DNA of 64,000 nucleotides, from contig NMRA01000008.1 in NCBI GenBank assembly GCA_002633005.1, positions 270,156-334,155 on the forward strand. Direction: 5' to 3'. This document shows, piece after piece, positions 13,541-24,914 of the stretch (position 1 is the first letter of the stretch; each line of letters begins with the position of its first letter). The DNA is from Phoronis australis. Taxonomy: Eukaryota; Animalia; Phoronida. The position numbers and the translations under genes are program-made. A model generated the notes under the pieces. The model saw nothing but the letters and a program-made list of their open reading frames with translations, did no database searches and had not been told where the DNA came from.

Positions 13541-14136
13541 AGTACTTTCTCGCTGGTTCCCTGCGTGCCCCAAGGTGGGGCGGTAGCCGCGCCAACATGC
13601 AGAATCACTTAATTTTCGTCAGGAAATTTGTTTACACCGGCATTTCTGATAGGCTAGTCGAATTCTCAACAGGCAGCGCTTTACGCAAACAAACTGGCAT
13701 AGACTGCAGTGTAAATACGGTCTGTTGGGCAGACAAATCGGTGTTTAAAATTTATGTTCAGGAAATGTGAATCCTAGAAATTGTGGTTGCGCCGTTTCGG
13801 AGCACTTGCATCTTTCTACTGTCTATGACTTTTGTTTACGATACTGTCCTGTATTCACACAGTATGAATAACACACCGTTAAATCGGCCAGGTATGTGTT
13901 TATTGCACATGTACGTGCTTCAAGTACGCGGCTATTAAACATCACTATGCAGAAACGAAATAGTTACTGCGACGCCACTTGCATGACAAGGCTAAAAATC
14001 ATTCAGTCCGCCATTTTTTCACGTTTTTTTAAAGCTAACCAATGACTGCCGAGGTTACATCAACCCATGCTAAAGCGCGTGCTACTGCGTGATACATGCG
14101 TGCTGGCTAGGCACGTAGGGACCAGCGAGTAGTACT
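13541..14136. mobile_element. TIR element (MITE)
   Basis: agtactttctcgctggttccctgcgtgcc ... ggcacgtagggaccagcgagtagtact. Confidence 0.65.
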
Positions 14137-14278
14137 TTGTCTCTGGGACCAGTCGAGACAGTGGTACTGTTTTGCCCTCCCATGACCCTGTCGTCTGTGT
14201 GTCAGTCATGTCATTGAGTGATTGGCATTATCTGTGCATAGGCACCTTTGATCAGTCCCCCGACGATATACTATTATA

Positions 14279-14520
14279 TACCGTAATCGTTCGGGTTAAC
14301 GCCCTGGGCGGTTAAATTGGCAAACCCAAAAAATCGGGGGTGGGCGGTTAACCAGACATGGGCGCTTAAACGTGAAATTTCAAGAAATCCAGGGTGAGCG
14401 GTTAACCGAACATGGGCGCTTATTACGACAGGCAACCGCCCTTGGCAGTTAATCTTACCTCGTGATCTAAGTCCCCACAACACACACGCACTCGGAACGC
14501 GTAGCACTTTTCAAAGACCG
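14279..14520. mobile_element. Fragment of a TA-CCGTA-type DNA transposon end with subterminal repeats
   Basis: taccgtaatcgttcgggttaacgcc followed by two gcggttaacc..acatgggcgctta units. Confidence 0.45.
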
Positions 14521-15500
14521 TTATCGTCACGTCGCCACATGACGGGGAAAATGTCATAACAGCGGATGATCCCAACAAAGGTTCTCTTGCCCTCAGATTA
14601 GTTATTCACTCTATTAAATTTACAGAATTGCTGAGTAATAGCCCCGTGCCGTCCTGCGGTCTTGTTACTTTGCCCTGCGCAGCGCAGACGACCAGAGACC
14701 ACGCAGCCTCTACTTGGATTGCAAATATTTCAACACGTGACCTTGCTAAAGTGCGCGCGTGCAAGCTTCACTTGTTGCAGAGGTCACAGCAGACATCAAA
14801 TTTATGGTTACAGTCTCGTACTAGCTGCCAAATTCATAGTCAGAGAGCAGTTTTAAAATTAGTTGTAATAAAAGTTTGATAAACTTAACTCAGATGTTTT
14901 TTGTGTTTGGGATGTCGACACTCCGTGACTCAATGACATTTTCAGCGTATGGTTCTGCGGCTAGCTTTTTTATCTCGACCGCCCGGCATTGCTCACTTGC
15001 CGTTGNAAATTTGTTGCGAACTCGCTGGAGCAGGACACTGTAAATGCTTATCAGAAGAAAGAAAAATTGCTCATGGTTTTCTGAACCCCTGTTTTATGTA
15101 AATATATTGTTTTGTGTTTGATGTGGACTGCTGAAGTGAAGCACCCGTGGAATTCCTTGTCCCGATACGTGTCCAGGGCTCGACATTAACGGAAGTCCGA
15201 CTGCCCGGGACAACCAATTTGTTGGTTCGGACAAGCTCATGGCCGAGCAGCTTGTCCGACAGGACAAGGCAAAGAATTTTTCTGCGAACGTTCTTCGCAC
15301 TATATTAAGATTCCAAAACGTGCGCAACTCAATTACCTTTCAGTGACAATCAAACTTGGTTTAGCGGAACCGGGACCTTGCCTTACTATGGCGGTAAAAT
15401 ACCCGAATTCTCATGCTCTTTACTGAAGGAGACACAATTGTTTCCTTTGGCTCACGCGCGGAACTCATATTGGCATGTACGGATCACTGAGACAGCGTTT
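14500..15500. promoter_or_regulatory. CpG-enriched candidate (possibly bidirectional) promoter region
   Basis: Visibly raised CpG density; divergent splice donors (minus-strand AAAG|gtaatt near 15338, plus-strand ATGGCG|gtaaaa at 15393). Part of the CpG signal comes from young repeats. Confidence 0.3.
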
Positions 15501-18500
15501 GTCGAATGTAATTCATTTGCTATAGAACTTGACAACCAACAAAGCAGTACTTGACAAGGATATCATGTCTGTGGCCAATCTTTCTGTGATTCCCCGTGAC
15601 AGTACACGAAGCATAACCACCCTGAGTATGGAAATAAGAAAAGACATGGTCCATTGTGACAAGCCAACTTGTGTCGCTGTTCTCGTCTTGGTTAAACGCA
15701 TGTTTTTAATGACTTTCTCTCCAGACACCAAAATAGAAGCGCCCAACCAAAGACAAGAGCCCAAAAAAATCAACTTGTCATTAGTGCGAGTCGAATATTT
15801 TGTCCATGTTCTACGTGGTCAAAAATTTATTTTTTTGAAATTTTGATTTGCTGGATGACTTTTTACAAGATGTGTTTTTGCTTCATTATTTTGGCAGCTG
15901 ACCGAGTACCCCTATTGCCCAATTGTAGTATCGTCCGATTGTTGAGCAGGTGCTTTGAACAACAGCGTTGTTGGCTTTGAACTCAAAAAGAAATATACAA
16001 TGCATATAAAATGTTACATTGTTCAAAGTATTCAATAAGAAGGCCTGTTAATCATTAACAGTGCTGGGTTGCCTAAGTTCAAAGTATTCAGTACTGAAGA
16101 AGACCTGTCAGTCATTAGCAGGTGCTTGGTTGCCAAACTGTCCAGCAAATCCTTACACAATCAAGTGCTTCCCTTAAAAATACACCACAAACTAGCTGAG
16201 TCTTGCTTGATCTGCCTTTTCTCTCAAGAAACTTGCCCACTGAACACACGCTAAAAAGATAACGTCGAGCCCTGGTGTCATACCTTGTACGGTGTATTGG
16301 AGACGATCAGAAGCTGTCAGGATGCCTGTGGCCTTGGACTGGTGCAAAACAGTAACCAAATACCTCCTTACATGTAGGGGTTTGACAATAGTCAGCTAGA
16401 TGGCTGGCTACAATGAAGTAAGATTTTCGCTTGTTTAGTGTGACATCATTTCAACTCGGATGTTTTGGACCCAGTCAAATAAAATCAAAATGCCAAAATG
16501 AAAACTATTAATAATCAGGCCAGTTATAGGTAGCGCTATAAACTACTAAGCGCTATGAAAATTATTACCTGGTCATGGACCTTGTCTATTGACTAGTGCA
16601 ATCTGGCTTGGGAACTCTGCAGGAACGTAAGCATACAATTTGGGTACAATACTTGAACACATTCATGTAACTTAGTAAACATTTCAACAGAGGCGCTAAA
16701 TTTCCCGTGGTTACCTGAATCGGAAAAAGTCCAAGACCTACAATTTTTTAAAATGTGATGTAACTGTACATTTCTATTCCTATTGTGGGTCAACGCATCT
16801 TATTAGTGGCGGATGTTTCATCACTAACCATCCGAATATATATCCACTGCACTCTGTACAACAAACCCAGTTACTAAGTGAAGTTATTGACAGGTTTACC
16901 TACATTCCTATTGTTTAGTGTACTTTATTCTATTAATAACAAATAAGTTGATTGACTGAAATGCATGAGGCCGAAGACATCTTCAGGCAATGTGCTACTT
17001 TTCACTACTTTGGTTACACCTTGATTGTTTTTACACAATGGTGTATGGAGGAAACCGTTTTTGAGAGCAGGAACATGTAGCGATCCCAGGATTTTGTTGC
17101 CTGTGGTTTGAACTGCTATTTGAAACTGACCATGTATCTTCACCTAAAGGTGCATGCTCTGTTTAGATGGTTAGAAAATGAAAACTGAATTTGGCTTTTT
17201 ATGCACTTGTAAAGTAGGGCTCATAATATTCTTTACCGCACCATAATGTTCAATTTCTGCCTTGTTACATGAACATGGTATGTCATTTTTTACCTTAATT
17301 TCCTGAAATCCGAACACATAAGCGCAGTGTGCTTTGTCCAACATTTTTCAACATACAAACATCACAAGATCGCGAACACTGATATTTCTAAGTTACAAAC
17401 AGTTGAAAAAATTTAATTATTTTTGTGATCGTAATCCAGAAAGATTACCCTGCTTTCAGGGTGAGTCGTATACCTTTAAATTGTGTTTAATGTAAATTCC
17501 TTATGTCTGTTAACTACCAGCAATAGAAGTTCTTGATTTTACCTAGCAGTACATATGTTATAGACATTTAGTGCTGCAAAAGCTATTCAAACTGTAGTAA
17601 AGCAGTTGAAGATTTTGCAATTTCATCAGGTACATGTCTATAATTTTGTTACTTTGTTCAAAATGGTATGTTAGCTATTTATTTGTTTTACACAAAAATA
17701 TTTGCTGGCATAATGTTTTTGTTGTGAATAGCTGATTTTTGTCTTCATCACTAAATAATCAATGTTTACCACGTGCTGTTCAATGATTGCTGTCAGAAGA
17801 GCGTTACTGTCTTGTTGCTGTATAGAACAAGCCATGTTATTACAGTAAATGACTACTTTTTGATGAGAAACTCCAGGCGTGGAAACAATTCTGTGGTCAT
17901 GCCTCTAAATTCTAGCCATAATGAGGCTTTCCATGCCGTGCCAGAAATCCTCCATACCGGTTGACCACACTCCAGCCTTGGGGATCAGATTCCTTTCTCA
18001 GATTTTAAGTCTGGGTGAGGAGTCTACCCTGGGGCTAGAGTTTGATCACTGTGTATGCAAAATTTTTCACTCTTGCATAGAGTATTATAAGGTACACAGG
18101 TGTGGGGATTTGCAATGCGAGGTTTGGTGTCTGGTGGTCGGCAACTGGGGCTTGGAGGAATTTAGAAGCACCAATAAGCGTGGAATTGGTTTCCAACCCT
18201 GAAATTTGACAAAATAGAATTTGGTTTATCCTCACAATCTTATTTTAAATAGGTGAAAAGTCACCATAACATATATTGACGTTCACTTGTACACAGTAAA
18301 AAATGTGGTCATGATAAAATCCACATCTGAACACAGTGAATCATGCATGTAGTTAACAATTGATTCATTGAAAGTATTTGATACTTTTGTTCCATAAAGA
18401 AATATGGTGTCTAATATTACCAGTTGTTTGAGTAACTTGTACTAGAAAATTCAATTTTCTTTTGAGTCTTATTTCACTTTTTCTTTACAATATCAAACAG

Positions 18501-19991
18501 ATGACCCAAACTGAAAGCCTGTGTATAGTTGGCATACACCAAAGGTTTAGTTCTGCATTTATCATATTGTTTTATTATGCTGGTGCATACTTTCTTAGTG
18601 AACAACTGTGTTTTTATTCCAGGAAGATCAACAAGTAATGTTAATACCGGCGCCATGGCAACCAGACCAAACTGGTGCAGCTCTTTACCTCAGGTCTTGG
18701 CAACGACACATGCGTGTAACCCACAATCGCGTGCCTCGCATCAAAGTGTACCTGTTGAAAAGCAAAACATGGTATCATGTCAGCAATGTAGACAAGACAT
18801 TGTTAAATGTAAGTAATGTAACAATAATTGAACTTAATTTTTCTAATCTTATTACTTTGCAAGTTGTCATTTGGCAAGTTTATTATTAAAGTTAATGCTA
18901 TTTCAACAAAGAGAATAGCTTTCGGGTGTTTTACCTTGTACGTTTTTGGGACATTTTCACCAATAGAGGGACAGTATGTATACTTAAGAATGTTTTATGT
19001 ACATATGAGCATAGTCATTTATCTTTACTCTCTTTATCGCGGAATTTCAATGTTTTATGCGACATCATCTGAACATACATGTTCTTGCCCAATTCAACAA
19101 GGGTATGTCTCAGATACCGGCTGTTTACATTCCCTGATAGCAGTACTCAGCAGCAGATAAGGTTACTATTCATTAGAGATAAATGTGGTTATACTTAGCG
19201 TGCCTTTTTTGGTCCACACAGATTGAAGACGGCTAGGAAATGAAGTTGGATAACTTGAGTAACTTTTGTGATGATTTTGTGACGTCTTTGTTCAAGAAAG
19301 ATGTTCCTCCTTAAGGTAACGGTGTTTCTTTGTTTTGGTGGAAGTCACTTAGTGATGAGCTTTTTAGTTTAAGTGTTAATTAGACATCTTAAAGAACTGT
19401 AATGATTTGTAAAATCCACTTGGATGAGATTATTTCTGTGGTGTTGCATATGGATTTTGTCTCTACGTTTATTACTGAACCATGAGTTTGTTTCATGAAA
19501 AAGTAAATTACGACAGATATTTGGTTGTGCGCTCCCCTTGACAGCTGTTGAAGAAGGTTTAGCTAAGTAATTATGAGCATATCACAGTCTAGAAATAACG
19601 TATAGAAATTATCTCAATGTCTAGCACTTAATCTCTAAGATTTTACAATGTTAGTCAAGTGAGATTCGATTATTTTTCAGGAATAGTTTTGTGGAGCATA
19701 TGACCAGGTTTCTGACTTATGTTTCATGTCAGTTTTCATGAAACGAACCTATGAACTAATTTTATGACGTCAGTCTAATGCATTAAATGTTTCTGACCAG
19801 TTAGATGACAAAAAACTGATTAAAAAATGTCCCGTCTGTGTTGCTTGCTACTTGATTCTGATATGACTATGCTAAGGTTGACGTCACACTATTGGCATTG
19901 TTCAGATCTTAGAGAGGGGTTTAGTAATGTACAAACAAAATTTTTTGAGACGGTCAATCCGTATAGGGCAAATTTTATGCTCCCATATATA

Positions 19992-20238
19992 CGGTACAAT
20001 CTCGCTAATTTCTAGCAAAAATAATTGCCAACAATGCCCGTTGTTCATTTTTCAAGAGATTGTAACGATGTTGTGAATGCTCGCAATTTTTCCAAATATT
20101 GTGAGGTGGTAGCTGTGATACTAAACGTGAGCATAGAAATGCATTCCATGAGATGCTGCATTTCTTTCTTGAAAAATTTGATAAAAGAAAATTTCACTTG
20201 TCGGCCATATTGTGTCCTAATCTAGCGAGATTTTACCG
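19992..20238. mobile_element. Tc1/mariner-type MITE
   Basis: TA|cggtacaatctcgcta ... tagcgagattttaccg|TA. Confidence 0.7.
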
Positions 20239-21989
20239 TACGTGTGCGTACATTATACTTTCATCTTCATATGTTCAGCGTTTGTTGCTGTATCTCCAAA
20301 ACTGCTCGATGGATTTAGTAATGTGAAATTTTGCAGACATGTTGCTATCACGGATGGAAGAGCACAGTCTAAATTTGGGCTGTACTTGACTTCTGCTGTG
20401 CTCTCTAGTGGTAATTTTAATTATTTTCATTGCAACTATATCTACTTATAGTTCCTAGACAAACTGTCATGAAATTTAGCTAATGAAGTTCTGTTATGGA
20501 GGCGATGACACCTTCCATTTTCAGCCAAATTCTACATAATCTGACCAATTTTCTAAATCGCTTGAGAGATCATTATGAAAATTGGCAGATGTGTTCCTGA
20601 TGTGAAGACCACGGCTGACGTTGATTTTGGGATGGGCCCTACTACTGTGGGTTCCTCTAGTGACATTTTTGTCTTTGCAGTTGTGGCTATATCTTCTTAA
20701 CGCTTTGCAAGTTTACAACTGCAATGGCTGACAACTACTTTTGGATGGATCTGACTGCTGCTGTGCCCCTTAATAGCAACTGTAGTTTTTTAGTCTGTGG
20801 CTGTTTCTTCATATTTGCTTGGCAGATTTTCATGAAATTTTGCAAATACTTTGTCTATTAGTAAGACAGTGACGCCTTCCCATTTTCAGATGGGTCTTTG
20901 CAAGTTTGGCAAATGTGTTCCTAGGAACTTTATAACAGGTGGATTATAACTGCTAATGCTTCCCAGTGGCAAATTTATTTTTTATATTTGCCTCTGCATC
21001 TGTATAGAACCACGATGGATTTTCATTAAATTAAGCAAAATAGTTCTGTTTTATGTACAGAAGAGGACAATGGATTTGCATTTTTGTATGAATTCAATAT
21101 ATTTATTCTGTGTTATCTAGTTGCCATTTCTATGGTACTAATGAATTTTCTTTGAAGCATACGGTTTGCAGTGCAGTTGAAGGCGCATTTCAATGCTTTG
21201 CATTGCTCTGGTCACTTGACATGCGTCTGTTTATTGGTGTCAGCCTCGACAATAGTCTGATATAACGTGCCTGTATTTTGAGAACCAATTTTATGCCGAT
21301 TATTCCGTGGAGAAAACTGGCTCGCAAAATTCGGCACGTTATATCAGACCATTACATTCAGCCTCTCTATCCACTAAATTGCATGAAAGGTCATTTTAAA
21401 TTGCACAGCTGTGTTCCTATTGAGTTGAATATGGCTGATGTTGATTTTAAGACATGTTTAAAGTTGACCTATTCTGATACCCCAGTGGCACTCCTTAAAA
21501 AATTTTGCAATGTTTCTGATCTATATTATTCAAAGCTTTTGAAAATATGCTATAGTCTGTAGAAAAGTGACCTTTCTTAATTAAAATTTCAATTCTTGTG
21601 TGTGTGTGATGGGTATTGGATGGTTTTGATGTGAATACTCTTTATTTACTTTAATGTTTCAAATCATTAACAGCAGTGGATCTATCATTTTTCTCCCCGA
21701 CACGATTTATCAGCAACATTACAATCAGTTTTCAACATTTAAAATTTTACAACTTTTTATGTTTACAAGTCCCTTAAGCAAAGTAAATTTGTCAAATGCA
21801 GATGTTGCACATGAAGATTGGAGGAAGCACATGTTACCTCCCTACAGTTGAACTGAAGTGATTTAATAATTAGTCTATTGTATGGCATTGGACAGCTGTT
21901 CCTCATCTCTCCCAGCCGCAACTGCTGAAAATCCAGGGTGGGAAAACAATCCTCAAGTCTAGACTAATGACCACTCTGATGAGAGAGGA

Positions 21990-22650
21990 GGCAGTGTGGC
22001 CTAGTGGGATAAGTGTGCGCTTCTTTTACTCAAGGTCCTGGTCTTAAGACCCATTATGGCTGATGCTAAGCTCTTGAGTCAGGTTTCTAGCTCCTTCGCT
22101 CAGTTTTATCTATAGCAATAAAGCATAAAAGTGATTTCAGATGATCAGTGCAATGGGCCCAACTGAGCGGCCTCAGTGCACGTCTGGTACAACGTGTAGC
22201 AGACATGTACCAGACTGCCTGCAATCATTTTTTTACTATGGTGAGACCAGTTTTTAGTGTTCTTTTGGCTAAAAATACAATTCGCTGAATTCCCGTGGGG
22301 CCTGTTCCACTATAAAATATCAGAAATTGACAATATCTTTTTTTCACAGAATCTAAACAATGACCTTCAACCAGTTATAAGTTTTGGGGTATGGTAAGTC
22401 TCTGTAAAGATGTCACAAAGTTATGGCGTTTTAGTGAAGCAGGCCTCTGACACTTACCGGTATTTACTGTACAGTGTATGTAACAGTTGACAGCACAGCT
22501 GCTTAACTTGGGATGATCACTGTGTAAATTATACCAGTTGTGTTTGCTTAGAATGAGTTACAAAAACTGTATCCCTTGTGGGGGTCTGTTAAGTCGAGTA
22601 TTTTCAATCAAATGCCAAGGACTGCAACAGTCATGATTCAGCCATTTATT
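21990..22650 (+). mobile_element. Degenerate tRNA-derived SINE-like element, apparently interrupted
   Basis: Head ggcagtgtggcctagtgggataag...ggtcctggtcttaagaccc has an A-box and a degenerate B-box. The extent is approximate. Confidence 0.45.
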
Positions 22651-24078
22651 CTCTACCTTTAGAGAGCCAGCAACATGCAGCACTCCTAGCAGCACAAGTC
22701 GGAACTACTTTCATATCAAATTCGATCTCATAACAAAGTCAAAGGATCAGTAACTGATATTAAAGCAGGCTGGGTGGGTGGATACACCAAACAAGCAGGC
22801 TTTTTCTTCCAAGTCTTGTGACCTGCCATTCAGTGTAAACACAACAGTTGGCGATTGCTGTAGTTGGCTCATTTACTGTGTGACTCTCGTAGCTAATTGG
22901 CTAGATTATTCATGGATTCATCTACTGGGTCGTTCCTTACTCCTAAAACAGAACTTCCTTTTAGCATAACTACATATTTGGTGTGTCTCATTCCAGGCTA
23001 GCGACTGTGCAGAACCATCACACACCCCGTGGACCACTTGTTGGGTCCCACCCTCCTTACAGGTGAGAGCGTCTGCTGTTACTATTTGATGGGGAACAGT
23101 TGTTTTTGTTTGTTATGTTTAGCAGCAGGTAATTTTTGAAATATTGCTGTTTTGGTAGAAACTGTTAAGCTACACTGGATTAAATGTAAGCAAATTCATT
23201 TTAAGTATGACAAAAAAGCCTCAGTGATACTAGCTAAACTTTCTGGCTCTATTTATTGATTATTAATACTTAAAGTAACTTGTGAGACTGGTGCTGATTG
23301 GATACACTTTTTTGCAAGTGTTCAAATAGTGGCCTTGTGTTCATTGCAGATATTAATTTCATAATTTTTAATCTTCTAGTTGAGAAATTCTGTAATTCTT
23401 TTATTGAATTTGCCAATTGGTACATTTTAGTATCATTAAACACGTTACTAAGTACATTTCTCTACTCGACACCTGATTGGTCACTCATATTTCCTTTTTT
23501 CACTATAATGTGGTCTAGTTCATTCAACCACCTACCTCGCTGTCCTAACCTAGGTTTTTTTTTCTGTTTTTTTCCACCTTCCTGGGTGCCTGTTTTAATA
23601 TCATTGTACACGCCGTTGGCGTTTTTTCCATGCCCATCTTGCAGAGTATTCTTCAGCTCTACTTAGGTCATAGTCCTCATCTTGTTTTACTCTGCAACGT
23701 AGCTCGTGACGTACCCCGGGCAAAGTAGATAATGATAAATATTGTTATTTTCGAGTTCATAAATTTTTATTTCTGTCTGCTTGTAATGTTCTCGCTTTAT
23801 CGACTGAATGAATTCATCATATGCGTATGGTCTCTAATTCAAATAAACAGTTGAATTATGACCGAAAAGTGACCCTTTTCTGTGGCATATATTCACATAG
23901 TGAATGGGATTAACCTGGAATGCAATTGTTCAAAGAAAAGAGAGGTTGTGTAGTATTTTATTCTTTTTCAGAGTCACAGTGCATCAATACTGCTGGAACA
24001 AAGATAACAAGAGGATGGCTATGGGCACTTGACATTAACCCCAGTTGGAAATAACCTATTGACAGCCCAAGGGCTCTT

Positions 24079-24914
24079 ATGAATACCGACACCATGCCTT
24101 TTTCCTCCGTCCATGATATTCCCTTCCACTGCCCAAAGTGTGGCAGCACCAAAAACTTCGCCACGTTACTTTGCCTACAGAGCCACCTCATTTTGGAGCA
24201 TGCTTACCAAAATGGCCGCCGTTACACATCCAAACGTGCAGAAGTGTTGAAAAGTCAATTAGAAGCTTTCCAACCCCTCCAGTCGAGGATTCCAAGCGTG
24301 GATAGCTTGAGCAATGTACCGAGAAAGACTATTCCAGATAACCCTTTTACCAAGGTTCTGAAGGCAGACGTGTTTCACTGGCAACCGTGGGAATATGAAT
24401 TAAATGATGTTACTTCTTTGCAAAATCCGTATAGCAGTTCCCCTCAGCCATTTGTGCCTTCACCGAAACCACCTTTGCCAAATACTGGTGGACCAAATGT
24501 TGATAAAGTGGTTTATCAACACAGTGGAGATTTTGTCCCTTATGAGGACATTTTAAGCCAGTTTGCCCCAACTGTAGAAGATCTGAGAAACCGTAATAAA
24601 TTACGGCAGCTTCAAAATGATTTACTCAGCAAAGACATAAAATTGGCTGAACATCAGAAACGGTTTGAAATGTTTCAAAATGCACAGAAAGTTCTTCGCA
24701 ATAGCGAATCTGAGCGTTTACAACTGGATCTACAGCTGAAGGAAGCTCACCTCCAGCGGGCTCGGAGTGACCTTGAGAAGGTCACGGTGGATGCTCAGAA
24801 CCTCCGTCGAGAGAATGTGGAGACGGCCAGAGAGAAAGAAGCTTTGTGCCTCCAGGTGGAAGCACTGCAGCGAGACTTTGCAAGACAACATAAAGAAGTG
24901 GCTCAGAAAGAGAT
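24079..24914 (+). CDS. FBXO41: FBXO41-like coding exon 1 (C2H2-type finger and start of coiled coil)
   Basis: 279-aa ORF with CxxC...HxxxxH; acceptor tctttttcag ending 23971; donor AT|gtgagt. The start could be ATG 24079 or ATG 24094. Confidence 0.9.

Larger units (their letters stand above)
18623..23062 (+). other. Candidate non-coding 5' leader exons of the FBXO41-like gene (18623-18808, 22663-22773, 22997-23062)
   Basis: Each is bounded by a pyrimidine-AG acceptor and a gtaagt, gtgggt or gtgaga donor. Exon 22663-22773 has stops in all three frames, so it cannot extend the CDS. Confidence 0.45.

Noticed and set aside
21965-22000. Hammerhead ribozyme (CTGATGAG core)
   Set aside because: No stem II followed by GAAA, and no closing helices, could be built.
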